From: Fidelibacterota bacterium
Lineage (GTDB): Bacteria; Fidelibacterota; UBA8477; JABMPR01
Direction of reading: 5' to 3'
Assembly: GCA_016784545.1 (NCBI GenBank)
Contig: JADHUM010000003.1
Location: 3,983-67,982 of the forward strand
Length of the DNA stretch: 64,000 nucleotides
Part shown: positions 19,200 through 28,556 of the stretch, piece by piece
Layout: every line of letters starts with the position of its first letter
How positions within the stretch are numbered: the stretch's first letter is position 1
Position numbers and translations under genes: made by a program
The notes under the pieces: generated by a model
What the model saw: only the letters and a program-made list of their open reading frames with translations
Told to the model about the DNA's origin: nothing
The model's database searches: none

Positions 19200-20204
19200 A
19201 TGCAAAAAGGTGTCCTGTTTATCATTATAAGCTTGATGATGATGGTGTTGATTCAGTGTGGTGAAAAAGCAGAACAACAACCACCTGAAGATTTATCCTA
19301 TCAACAGGGAGTTCTGGCAAAAGTGAAACCAATGTTTACCGCGGTTCCTGATAAAATGCCAGGTTCTGAAAATGATACTGATCCCAAGATCAAGCTTGGG
19401 GAAAAGCTCTATTTTGAAACGGCACTCTCCAATACCGGGGATATGTCCTGTAATACTTGCCATGATATCGCCACGGCAGGGGTTGACAACAAACCCACCT
19501 CAGAAGGGACCAATGGCATTCCAGGTCCCCGAAATTCCCCGACAGTTTTTAACGCCGGTTTTCATTTTGTTCAATTCTGGGATGGACGGGCAGCTGATCT
19601 AAATGAGCAAGCTGGTGGACCAATTTTAAATCCCGCTGAAATGGCAATTGCTGATTCCGCTACTGCTGTAGCAAAAATTAAAGCGATCCCTGAGTACGCC
19701 GCATTATTTACTGAAGCTTTCGGTGAGAACAGTATCAACTTTGAAAATATTACCGAAGCAATGGCTGCATTTGAGCGCACGCTGGTAAGTCATGATCGGT
19801 TTGATTCATTTTTAAAAGGGGATCTCAAAGCCATTACTAAAGCTGAGGTTGAAGGCCTGGACCTCTTCCTGGGTAAAGCCTGTGTAACCTGCCATACAGG
19901 CTCGATGCTGGGTGCAAACATGTACCAGAAAAATGGTCTTATCAAACCATACCATAATCTTGAAGATGAGGGTCGCTTTGAAGTGACTGGCAATGAGCAG
20001 GACAAATTCATGTTTAAAGTGCCTGCTTTAAGAAATATTGGTTTAACAGGACCATATTTTCATGATGGTGGTGTGGAAAGTCTTGAAGAAACCATCATCA
20101 TGATGGGTGATATGCAATTGATGCAACAGATATCCGATGAAGAAGCCAGCAGGATTGCTGCCTTTTTGAAAACTATGAACGGGAATCGTTTTACTAAAAG
20201 CTGA
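19200..20204 (+). CDS. Di-heme cytochrome c peroxidase (CcpA/MauG family)
   Basis: CNTCH and CVTCH heme motifs, RNSPTVFNA, QFWDGRA, FKVPALRNI, PYFHDG. Confidence 0.92.
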   Translation: MQKGVLFIIISLMMMVLIQCGEKAEQQPPEDLSYQQGVLAKVKPMFTAVPDKMPGSENDTDPKIKLGEKLYFETALSNTGDMSCNTCHDIATAGVDNKPTSEGTNGIPGPRNSPTVFNAGFHFVQFWDGRAADLNEQAGGPILNPAEMAIADSATAVAKIKAIPEYAALFTEAFGENSINFENITEAMAAFERTLVSHDRFDSFLKGDLKAITKAEVEGLDLFLGKACVTCHTGSMLGANMYQKNGLIKPYHNLEDEGRFEVTGNEQDKFMFKVPALRNIGLTGPYFHDGGVESLEETIIMMGDMQLMQQISDEEASRIAAFLKTMNGNRFTKS

Positions 20205-20227
20205 TTTTTAGCTTTCAGATGTAGGAT

Positions 20228-20260
20228 AAAAAAGCGAGGGCAGGTCCCTCGCTTTTTTTT
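20228..20260. terminator. Bidirectional intrinsic terminator
   Basis: AAAAAAGCGAGGG-CAGGT-CCCTCGCTTTTTTTT between convergent genes. Confidence 0.9.
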
Positions 20261-20285
20261 AAAATGGATTGTTTTGGTAGGTTAG

Positions 20286-20729
20286 CTAGTGAGTAATAAA
20301 ATATGCCAGAATCTGCCGACTTAGCTCACCACCCAATAAGCCAGTTATCAATATAAGCATTGCCAGACCTGTACTTATTGCTGGAAAGAACCACCCCTTG
20401 AGAGCCCAATCCTTCTTCTCCAGAATGGCAAAAGTACGACCCACTGCCACCAGAATGATGATCCACACGGCGGCATTGCCAAGGGATGTATGTTTTTCAA
20501 AGGATGTTATGACTCCCTGGTGAAGTGATTCCTCCGCCACCACCAGAGTCTCAGCGAGGTTGCCACTGATGGCTGCAAAGATAGCAGACACTCCAGCCAT
20601 CAATTGTAGCACATACGCAGTCCAGGTATGCTGTGGAATGCTTTTTATCACACCATAGAGATCAAACAGGGCAGCAACGAGCAGAATGGCGATGGGAAAG
20701 TGGACAAAGAAGGGATGCAGTTCAGCCAT
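20286..20729 (-). CDS. DUF2231-like membrane protein
   Basis: LHPFFVHFPIA N-terminal motif, four hydrophobic segments, TGLLGGEL. Confidence 0.8.
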   Translation of the reverse strand: MAELHPFFVHFPIAILLVAALFDLYGVIKSIPQHTWTAYVLQLMAGVSAIFAAISGNLAETLVVAEESLHQGVITSFEKHTSLGNAAVWIIILVAVGRTFAILEKKDWALKGWFFPAISTGLAMLILITGLLGGELSRQILAYFITH

Positions 20730-20735
20730 TTTAGA

Positions 20736-22010
20736 CTAGTACAGTAGCTGTTTACGCGCCTGGAGCACATATTTGCTGGATTCGGATTGGACAAATACAA
20801 TAAGCTCCATGGGTCCAGCTACGCAATAGTCATCAGGTTTTTTCAAGCTATGCTGAAAGGTAATTAATCCATTGAGATTGCTAAGTGAGGTAAATGCCAT
20901 ATCCCGCATAACATCCATATGCAAATCTTCACCATTAGAGCCTGCAAAATGAATACTATCTTCAACCACTATGGTCCAAACCGTCATGTTAGTATGCGGT
21001 ATCCCAAAAGCATTCACGTCAAATTCCAGGTGTAGACTGTCCACGCTCTCCAGTACATCAACTCCAGATATGTATATAGTTGGGTCTGCAAGACTGGCGC
21101 TGCCCACCCGACCCGTCCAGTCATCCTCATCCAGGGTTGCGACATGAGTTCCGTCAATAACCAGACCCGGCGCGGCAAATATATTATAATATGCTCGTCG
21201 GGACTCAACTTCTCCTGGATTATAGAGATTCATAGGGTCAAATGGATCGGTCCAGTTGACATGATATCTAACTAAAACAAAATCATCCCCAAATGCATGG
21301 GAGATATTGTCCAGGTAGCCATTGGCCTCAGGACAATTGACGCATCCGGAATTGGTAAACAGTTCAGCAAAAACCTTTTTACGTATGGAGACATTTATTT
21401 CATAAAATACTGCTACGATTAGATCACTATTTATATCATAACATTCAATAATAAGTTCAGTCGTTCCGGGTATTTCTCCCATGAGGTTGAACCTGGTGAG
21501 TTCATCAGGTATTTGCTCCAGGCGATATGCACCGCCTGGATTTTGTTGGACAACAATTAGGGCTACTGAATCAAGGGCTGACAATTGCTCGGTGGACAGC
21601 TCGCTTGAAAAGTCCAATGTGAATGTTTCTCCCACATTGAGGGGAAGCGGTATTGATTCGGTAACATTAAGATGGATGTAATAGCTGGCGGATACTGGAG
21701 GGGAATCCGGTGCAACCAGTACATCATAGCTGAAGTATAAATCCAGCATTCCCTCACCCTTGCCAACCAGAATCAATTGCCCACCAAAATCATGGGCCAT
21801 GCGATCTATAATTTCTACAATGCTTGTATCTTGAATTTCGATCTCAGTAAAATTATCGCCCTGGGGTTGGATTTCGAGAATAATCGTGTCACCAATTGCA
21901 ATATTATATTCCTGTACCTTAGCCGAGTAATCGATACCAATTTCGGATGGTCGCCAATCACATGACCAGAGAAACAGGAACAGGAGCAATAGGAAGAGTC
22001 GAATTCTCAT
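20736..22010 (-). CDS. Lipoprotein with a C-terminal Omp28-related thioredoxin-like domain
   Basis: Lipobox LWSC; KVFAELFTNSGCVNCPEA, YHVNW..DP, HMDVMRDM, IVFVQ..SKYVLQA. Confidence 0.75.
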   Translation of the reverse strand: MRIRLFLLLLFLFLWSCDWRPSEIGIDYSAKVQEYNIAIGDTIILEIQPQGDNFTEIEIQDTSIVEIIDRMAHDFGGQLILVGKGEGMLDLYFSYDVLVAPDSPPVSASYYIHLNVTESIPLPLNVGETFTLDFSSELSTEQLSALDSVALIVVQQNPGGAYRLEQIPDELTRFNLMGEIPGTTELIIECYDINSDLIVAVFYEINVSIRKKVFAELFTNSGCVNCPEANGYLDNISHAFGDDFVLVRYHVNWTDPFDPMNLYNPGEVESRRAYYNIFAAPGLVIDGTHVATLDEDDWTGRVGSASLADPTIYISGVDVLESVDSLHLEFDVNAFGIPHTNMTVWTIVVEDSIHFAGSNGEDLHMDVMRDMAFTSLSNLNGLITFQHSLKKPDDYCVAGPMELIVFVQSESSKYVLQARKQLLY

Positions 22011-23704
22011 AGTCGCCACTCCAGTGCCAGACGGAAACCCTCAAAGGGATTTAAAACACGACAAACGCCACCAGTACAACGGACACCACCCTTTTCTTTG
22101 CCATAAGAAGCCCGGACCCACAATCCATTTCTGGGTTTGATGGATACCTCACCACTGACCCAATGTTGGATATCTTCCCCACTGGTCACCAAACTTGGAT
22201 CATTGCTCATGTCCCAGATAATCGCAGCGGAGTAATTGTGATCATAATCTGCACTGGCAATAAAATGGCCACTTTGAAAGTTGTGACCTTCTAATTCACT
22301 ACCAGAATACAGTTCACCATATACTTTGGATGTCTGCAATTCAACCACTGTGGAAAGGACCAGCGTTGTATTGGGATGCCATGATAAGTAGGCTGGCACC
22401 AGTGTGTAATGTTCCATCACTTCAGCAGCAGATTGGCCACTTAAAACGGATCTGGTGTAGGCAATTAACAATCTCTGATAAAAACTTGATCCAGAATACT
22501 CGAATTCTGCATAGTATTCCTGCCAGGGATTTCTATCTAAATCCTGTGTAGGCAGAATCCCAGGTGCACCATCTGAAGCAGATTGGGAAGTTTGTGCGCC
22601 ATTAAGGACGATTGACCATGTATCTGAAAGTGTTTTTCGTATTTCAAGATTCCAACCCAATTCGTCACCATAGTCAACAGGGTGGGTTACATTTCCCAAC
22701 AAACTGATATCATGCTCTCTGATGCCCGTAGGTCCCATTTGCCAGGGTAGTGGTTTGGTGGCCAGGAGCAAGGGATTACGCTTCTGTGACGAGGTCTCAG
22801 GGCCATTCAAATAGCGTTTATATTCGAATAGAGTCGTGAACCAGTCTGGGAACCAATTAACCTGGAGATTTAAGGCCTGCCCTTCCTGGGTGTACTTTGG
22901 CGTACCATTATTAAGAACTTGCCCATTCTCTATTTGTTGGATACTCTGTGTGACTACGGGATAATCAAAGGCTTTCCAGGTTCTATTGTATTCCAGATAC
23001 AAATCCCAACTCTCACCATAAATAGATTGCCCCCATCCACCCTGGATGGCATTCATTTGCTGGGTCACTGTGTCTGTGACGATCAATCCAATATCAGAAT
23101 CCAACTCCTGCCACACGAAATCAGATTCCATACGACTTGCGACAATGTATGGGATCAGAGACCACACGCCACTTTCACTATTGAGAGTTGCTTCTGCACC
23201 GGCCAGTTCATAGGCAGCCATACCATCAGGTTCTCGGAGGTCTGAACTAGGAGAATAGAATCTATATTCCTTTTTAAACCCGGCCAGCAAATCAAGTTCA
23301 TGATTTTCCATAAATACAGATGAATATCTCAGGCCCATGATCTCATTGTCAAAATCGATAGCCTGATTCTCATCCAGATTCAACGCCAATCCTCTACCAA
23401 AAACAGCTGAGATATCCCCTATTTCAAGAGAACGAGAATTGCCTATGTAGCTGATGAAAAAGCGATCAACGCCCTGATATTCAAATCCATATTCTGGAGG
23501 TTGACTGGACTCTACTGATAGATCCAGATACCATTGACCAATCTCGATGGATCCACTTATAAAATTTTCGAAGTAATTGTAATCGGTCCCAACTTGTTCG
23601 CCTCGTCCCAGATTTGATTTGAGACCAAGATTCCAGGACACACCTTCAGCAATGAGACCTAGTGGAATTGCTAAAAGGATGAGTGTTCTGAAAAATAAGG
23701 ACAA
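22007..23704 (-). CDS. DUF6029-like outer-membrane protein
   Basis: EIGDISAVFGRGLAL...IDFDN and C-terminal YGKEKGGVRCTGGVCRVLNPFEGFRL. Confidence 0.75.
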   Translation of the reverse strand: MSLFFRTLILLAIPLGLIAEGVSWNLGLKSNLGRGEQVGTDYNYFENFISGSIEIGQWYLDLSVESSQPPEYGFEYQGVDRFFISYIGNSRSLEIGDISAVFGRGLALNLDENQAIDFDNEIMGLRYSSVFMENHELDLLAGFKKEYRFYSPSSDLREPDGMAAYELAGAEATLNSESGVWSLIPYIVASRMESDFVWQELDSDIGLIVTDTVTQQMNAIQGGWGQSIYGESWDLYLEYNRTWKAFDYPVVTQSIQQIENGQVLNNGTPKYTQEGQALNLQVNWFPDWFTTLFEYKRYLNGPETSSQKRNPLLLATKPLPWQMGPTGIREHDISLLGNVTHPVDYGDELGWNLEIRKTLSDTWSIVLNGAQTSQSASDGAPGILPTQDLDRNPWQEYYAEFEYSGSSFYQRLLIAYTRSVLSGQSAAEVMEHYTLVPAYLSWHPNTTLVLSTVVELQTSKVYGELYSGSELEGHNFQSGHFIASADYDHNYSAAIIWDMSNDPSLVTSGEDIQHWVSGEVSIKPRNGLWVRASYGKEKGGVRCTGGVCRVLNPFEGFRLALEWRL

Positions 23705-23712
23705 AGGGGGTA

Positions 23713-24204
23713 TTAACTTTTTTTCTGAGCCGCCAGAGCTTTCTTGATTTCAGCTTCCATTTGGGCCTCATCACCAGGGAGATAACCCGTATGCTCCCAG
23801 AGAATTTTGCCCTGAGCATCAACCAGGATTGAAAAGGGCATGGCCGTTGTATTGAAATTCTTGTACAACTTTTGCTCTGTATCAAGAAGCACAGTATATT
23901 CAAGTTTTTGAGACTTGACCATGGACTTGACCCGGCCAACTGTTCGAGAATCATCAATGGAGATACCAATGACTTGAACATTTTGATCGGCGTAAGTTTT
24001 ATTAATCCGGTTCAGATGTTTCATCTCTTTTCGACACGGAACACAGTAGGTCGCCCAAAAATTGATGAGAGTCACCTGGCCTTCAACCAACTCATTGAGA
24101 CTGTGAGTTTTATTTTTCATGTCCTTGAGATTCACCTGGGGTAAGTTTTTCTCCTGGCCATAGGAAATTGCCACGATCAAAAGGAGAGGAAGTAGGCGCA
24201 TCAT
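23713..24204 (-). CDS. TlpA-family protein disulfide reductase
   Basis: Signal peptide; NFWATYCVPCRKEM. Confidence 0.9.
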   Translation of the reverse strand: MMRLLPLLLIVAISYGQEKNLPQVNLKDMKNKTHSLNELVEGQVTLINFWATYCVPCRKEMKHLNRINKTYADQNVQVIGISIDDSRTVGRVKSMVKSQKLEYTVLLDTEQKLYKNFNTTAMPFSILVDAQGKILWEHTGYLPGDEAQMEAEIKKALAAQKKS

Positions 24205-24917
24205 TTTATCACACTCACCTGTCTGGAGATGGTTTCACCCGCTCCTGAGGCACTAATGATATAATTGCCGGAGGACAAGCCATACATATTCCATTGGAGA
24301 TGATTCTTGCCAGAATTTAGCTGGTAATTCCTGGTCAGTATTTCTCTTCCATCAAGTGAATAAAGAATGATTGAATAGTCCCCGCTCTTTTTAAGATTCA
24401 GATTAAAATTGACTGATGCATTGGTTGGATTCGGGTAAATATGCGAGAGTTCAAATGAGTTAGGCCTTGCGAAAGACCCATCAATTGAGACGGCAACAAA
24501 CTCCAAACTGAAATTAACTGAATCAACTTCCATCGTTGAGGAATCTACGGCAAACATGGTCCAACGTCCTATTCCCTCTATACCATTTGGATAGGTGTCA
24601 AGAGTGAACAAGGCAGTATCCGAAGCAGCCAGGTCAAATGTGAAATTATCCAGAAAAGGCGGTAAACAGGCCGGTCCGACGCAAAATGAGTTTGTCCAAG
24701 AGGCATCTATTTCATGAGTAACTCTGGTAACAGAAATCGATTGTGATGAGGCGGCAAGACTGATTATATCACCGTGAAGAATAACGAAATCCTCGTTTCC
24801 TATATAGGCGGAATCATATTGAACAAATTCAAAGTTGTTGTTTTGTCCAAACAATGCAGGCCCGATAAACAGCGCCAGAATCAATATTTTAAATGGTTTG
24901 AGTGTTTTCCCCATCAT
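24201..24917 (-). CDS. Secreted protein with a T9SS type A C-terminal sorting domain
   Basis: Signal peptide; CVGPAC; tail IYPNPTN...YSLDGRE...LSSGNYII. Confidence 0.8.
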   Translation of the reverse strand: MMGKTLKPFKILILALFIGPALFGQNNNFEFVQYDSAYIGNEDFVILHGDIISLAASSQSISVTRVTHEIDASWTNSFCVGPACLPPFLDNFTFDLAASDTALFTLDTYPNGIEGIGRWTMFAVDSSTMEVDSVNFSLEFVAVSIDGSFARPNSFELSHIYPNPTNASVNFNLNLKKSGDYSIILYSLDGREILTRNYQLNSGKNHLQWNMYGLSSGNYIISASGAGETISRQVSVIK

Positions 24918-25110
24918 CAGTCTTCTCGTCCTTTTCTTTGGCTGGCCACATAAAAACAAGACCCATCATCGCTCCATAGGCAGTACTAATAAACGGATTC
25001 GAGGTTATCGCACACGTCCCTGAAGCGCAGCCAATATAATAGTAATAAAGGTATCCGAGGATAGCTCCAACTGCTAAACCTGATAACATTTTAATGTATC
25101 TTTTATTCAT
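24889..25110 (-). CDS. DUF6132-like small membrane protein
   Basis: GYLYYYYIGCASGTCAITSNP motif between two TM segments. Confidence 0.8.
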   Translation of the reverse strand: MNKRYIKMLSGLAVGAILGYLYYYYIGCASGTCAITSNPFISTAYGAMMGLVFMWPAKEKDEKTDDGENTQTI

Positions 25111-25510
25111 TGTTGAATACTTTCTTCTTGAACATGCCATTTTCCATGTAGGATGCATCAAATCCTGCTAATCTCAGTACGCGAGCGCCTTGCCGTGAAC
25201 GATTGCCTGTGGGACACAAAACCAACATGGGTTGATCCTTATACTTGTTTAGCTCCATGTAACGATCTTCCAGTGAAAGCAGGGGTATCTGCATTGTATT
25301 CGACCAGGGTGCCGGCCGATCTGCAATTTCAGATTCCGTGCGAACATCGATTAAGATATACCTGCTGGAGTCTGAATATTGTCGGCTAAACGACTCATAG
25401 CTCATCGTGGGAATGTCATAATGATCCCCATAGATACCTTCTACACCCATATAAATGGTGCCCCCGGTTCCCAATAGAATCATGGAGTATGCTATGAGGC
25501 GATGGATCAT
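25103..25510 (-). CDS. Rhodanese-like domain protein
   Basis: LIDVRTESE, active-site loop CPTGNRS, N-terminal membrane anchor. Confidence 0.85.
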   Translation of the reverse strand: MIHRLIAYSMILLGTGGTIYMGVEGIYGDHYDIPTMSYESFSRQYSDSSRYILIDVRTESEIADRPAPWSNTMQIPLLSLEDRYMELNKYKDQPMLVLCPTGNRSRQGARVLRLAGFDASYMENGMFKKKVFNNE

Positions 25511-25929
25511 GCGGTGTTATGGTTCTCGACTTTTGCTGTAATTTCAACCGTAGCCGCCAACATGGCACTCACCGAACAATACGTATCTTTGGAAAGCTTA
25601 ACCGCCCGCTCCAATTTCTTTTGAGGAAGATCTTTGCCATAAAAGTGATATGTCATATCAATTCGGGTGTAGACTTTTGGGTGATCTTCAGCACGTTCTG
25701 CGTGAATATCAATTTCAAAATTTTCCAAAGGAACTTTCATTTTCTTTAACATGGTCTCAACATCGATAGCGGTACATCCTCCCAGACCAAACAGGACCAT
25801 CTCCATGGGACCGCTTGCAGCCTCCTGGCCACCTATCGTTTTTGAGACATCCATCATGGTCCAATGGTTTGAAGTACCCCTGGCGGCAAAGGTTCCACCT
25901 TTTACCTGTTGAATCTTAACTTCTGACAT
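25507..25929 (-). CDS. OsmC/YhfA family protein
   Basis: GPMEMVLFGLGGCTAIDV ... YCSVS. Confidence 0.9.
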   Translation of the reverse strand: MSEVKIQQVKGGTFAARGTSNHWTMMDVSKTIGGQEAASGPMEMVLFGLGGCTAIDVETMLKKMKVPLENFEIDIHAERAEDHPKVYTRIDMTYHFYGKDLPQKKLERAVKLSKDTYCSVSAMLAATVEITAKVENHNTA

Positions 25930-26008
25930 AATCTATAACCCTAATTTTCACACTTTACTGCCGTTCTGACACCACCTAATATGGTCCCCCAGAACAACAA
26001 ATCAATTT

Positions 26009-26215
26009 CTATAATGTTTGTTCCAATATCAACGTGTTCATTCTTTCAACAATGTCATCGATATTGGTGAGACCCTTTTCCATGGCTTGCGCTTCCAGGG
26101 TACCCCAGACAGCTTCACCACAAGCCAGACAGACAATACCTTCCGTCTTGAGTGGGCCGATTAATTTTGGATATTCCTGGACTAGATCTTCTATCAACAT
26201 TTCCTTATTTATCAT
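26009..26215 (-). CDS. DUF1858-like small protein
   Basis: MINKEMLIEDLVQEYP...CLACGEAVWGTLE. Confidence 0.75.
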   Translation of the reverse strand: MINKEMLIEDLVQEYPKLIGPLKTEGIVCLACGEAVWGTLEAQAMEKGLTNIDDIVERMNTLILEQTL

Positions 26216-26292
26216 CGGTAATCATCCTTTTTGAATAATCTCATGGAATACGGAGTAGGGAAACATCATTCGGTACACGTGGGAAATTCGAA

Positions 26293-26312
26293 GCGAGGAT
26301 TCGAATCCTCGC
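26293..26312. repeat. Perfect 20-bp palindrome
   Basis: GCGAGGATTCGAATCCTCGC is its own reverse complement. Confidence 0.85.
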
Positions 26313-26343
26313 CCATTTATTCTACAAAGACCCAACTCCTAAT

Positions 26344-27693
26344 TTACTTGCTGGCCACATTTGCAGCGACATGTACGGGATCATAGACTGGCGCAAAAGG
26401 TGGAGCATAGGTTAAATCCAACATACCTATATCCTCTGCAGTCATTCTGGCTGTGATAGCTGTGGCGAGAACATCTAATCGTTTGGCGACACCTCCCATG
26501 CCTATCATTTGGGCACCAAGGACTCGCCCAGTGTCTTTTTCCACCACAAGTTTTATGGTTACAGGTGTGGATCCAGGATAATAGTGTGCTCGACTTCCAG
26601 CTTTAATGGTTGTTGTTTCAAACTCACCCAGGTCTTCAATTGTACTGGCCTGTTTCTCTGTGATTCCGGTCTGGGAAATTGTATAATCAAATACTTTGGC
26701 CACGGCAGTCCCCAGGATTCCGGGAAACCTTGTGCTAGCTCCGGCCATATTTTCTCCTGCAACCCGCCCCCCCTTATTGGCAGAAGGAGCCATGGGAATC
26801 CACCGACTCTCATCAAGAACGAGATGATTATGCTCGGCACAATCACCAGCAGCAAAGATGTTTTCCATATTGGTTTGCATGTGCTCATCGATAAGAATTG
26901 CGCCACTTTTTCCCACCTTAATTCCAGCCTCAACGGCTAGCTCTGCATTTGGTCTCACTCCCGTAGATACGATAACCATATCGGTGTGTATGTGTCCAGC
27001 AGAAGTCTGAATCTGGAGTCTGCCGTTCAATTTTTCTATGCTGTTCACTGTGGTCTCAAACTGGAGATCTACCCCATGCTCAATTACATTTTCAGTTACT
27101 TTTTCCAGTAATTCTTTATCCATTGAGGGTGCAATCTGATCTCCCCTGACCACCATGGATACATCAATCTTGAGATGCCTACAGGCTTCGGCCATTTCCA
27201 GCCCGATGTGGCCACCGCCGATGATGGTTGCATGCTTAATTTCATGGTCTGCTATGTAATTTTTAATCCGGTGTCCATCTGCCAGGCTTCGCAGGGTAAA
27301 AACACCCTCAGAATTCACACCTGGAATGGGTGGTACAATTGCACGAGCGCCAGTTGCGATGAGAAGTGCATCATATGTTTCTACAAACTCTTCACCGGTA
27401 CTCAAATTTTGAACAACAATGCTATTCATGGAAGGATCAATTTCCATCACTTCATGTCCAATGCGAACATCGATATCTCTTTTTTCACGTGCACTTTCTG
27501 GAGTGAGCACTTGTAGTTTACTTCCATCATCTATGACACCACTGATCCAATAAGGCATGCCACAGGCTGCAAAACTAATGTGTGGTCCTTTTTCAAAAAC
27601 AACAAGTTTAGAATCTGGCTGCATGCGCCTGATTTTGCTGGCTGCACTCATTCCAGCTGCATCTCCACCGATAATCACATATTTTTTATTCAT
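26344..27693 (-). CDS. CoA-disulfide reductase / NADH oxidase family flavoprotein
   Basis: IIGGDAAGMSAA, SFAACGMPY redox Cys, GGGHIGLE, LDLTYAPPF; start MNKKY at 27693. Confidence 0.9.
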   Translation of the reverse strand: MNKKYVIIGGDAAGMSAASKIRRMQPDSKLVVFEKGPHISFAACGMPYWISGVIDDGSKLQVLTPESAREKRDIDVRIGHEVMEIDPSMNSIVVQNLSTGEEFVETYDALLIATGARAIVPPIPGVNSEGVFTLRSLADGHRIKNYIADHEIKHATIIGGGHIGLEMAEACRHLKIDVSMVVRGDQIAPSMDKELLEKVTENVIEHGVDLQFETTVNSIEKLNGRLQIQTSAGHIHTDMVIVSTGVRPNAELAVEAGIKVGKSGAILIDEHMQTNMENIFAAGDCAEHNHLVLDESRWIPMAPSANKGGRVAGENMAGASTRFPGILGTAVAKVFDYTISQTGITEKQASTIEDLGEFETTTIKAGSRAHYYPGSTPVTIKLVVEKDTGRVLGAQMIGMGGVAKRLDVLATAITARMTAEDIGMLDLTYAPPFAPVYDPVHVAANVASK

Positions 27694-27725
27694 AAATCCC
27701 CTCTCAGGATAGCATTTCGAACATA

Positions 27726-27758
27726 TCTTTGAGTATGGGATCAAAGCAGGGTGACAAA
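27726..27758 (-). promoter_or_regulatory. Putative ECF-sigma promoter
   Basis: TTTGTCAC-N17-CTCAAAGA, same spacing as the motifs at 53590-53622 and 29408-29440. Confidence 0.55.
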
Positions 27759-27790
27759 CTATTTTGGGATAGATAAATAGAGTAGCAAGA

Positions 27791-28005
27791 CGATTAAATA
27801 AGGGGCTGTCTCAGAACCTGATTATGTCTCTTTCTTTTAGCCACGGATACACACGGATTTATGAAAAATCCATTTTCAGGGCTATTTTTTTTTAGATTAA
27901 AGGCGAACATCATTTCACCATTTATACCCCTATACCTTTATACCCTACTGCGCCCGTCACTTATAAAAAAAAGGCCACCCTTTTGGGATAGCCTCTTTTT
28001 AATCG
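27791..28005. mobile_element. MITE-like element with imperfect ~25-bp terminal inverted repeats
   Basis: CGATTAAATAAGGGGCTGTCTCAGAA ... TTTTGGGATAGCCTCTTTTTAATCG; internal ACACGGAT and TATACC mini-repeats; left part homologous to 955-1064. Confidence 0.5.
27966..28000 (-). terminator. Probable terminator after groES
   Basis: GGCTATCCC-AAAA-GGGTGGCC hairpin followed by a U-tract on the minus strand. Confidence 0.6.
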
Positions 28006-28019
28006 ATTATGACTCGTAA

Positions 28020-28289
28020 TTAGCTGAGTTTAGCCAGAATATCACTCCGGTTAAGGATGAGGTAATCTGTCCCATCATATGCGAGTTCATCACCAGAATA
28101 TTTTCCATAGAGGATAACATCACCCTCTTTGATCAATTCCTGCAATTCTTCATCATTTCCCACAGCGGCAACAGTGCCACGACGTGGTTTTTCTTTGGCT
28201 GTATCTGGTATGATAATACCTGAGGCTGTTTTTTCTTCCTCACCAGCAGGAATAACTAATACACGATCATCTAAAGGTTGAATTTTCAT
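28020..28289 (-). CDS. groES: Co-chaperonin GroES
   Basis: MKIQPLDDRVLV, TASGIIIPDTAKEKP, GDVILYGKYSG. Confidence 0.95.
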   Translation of the reverse strand: MKIQPLDDRVLVIPAGEEEKTASGIIIPDTAKEKPRRGTVAAVGNDEELQELIKEGDVILYGKYSGDELAYDGTDYLILNRSDILAKLS

Positions 28290-28298
28290 TTCTTTCTC

Positions 28299-28553
28299 CT
28301 ATATCCCTAATAAACTATTGATTTTATTTCTATCAAAGCCAACGACTGGACGATTATTAATCCACAGTTGAGGAACGCCCTGCTGACCTGTTTTTCTTAG
28401 CATATCTTGTGCAGCTTTTTGATTTCTGCTAACATCTATCTCTTTAAACTTTATCCCGTTCTCTCTCAAATAACGCTTTGCAGTGGTACAATGTGAACAA
28501 GTCGGGGTAGTAAACATGACTACTTTTTTGACCTGTGTTGTTAATGTTGCCAT
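28299..28553 (-). CDS. Glutaredoxin-like protein (NrdH/YruB type)
   Basis: FTTPTCSHC, GQQGVPQ, VVGFD. Confidence 0.9.
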   Translation of the reverse strand: MATLTTQVKKVVMFTTPTCSHCTTAKRYLRENGIKFKEIDVSRNQKAAQDMLRKTGQQGVPQLWINNRPVVGFDRNKINSLLGI

Positions 28554-28556
28554 TTT

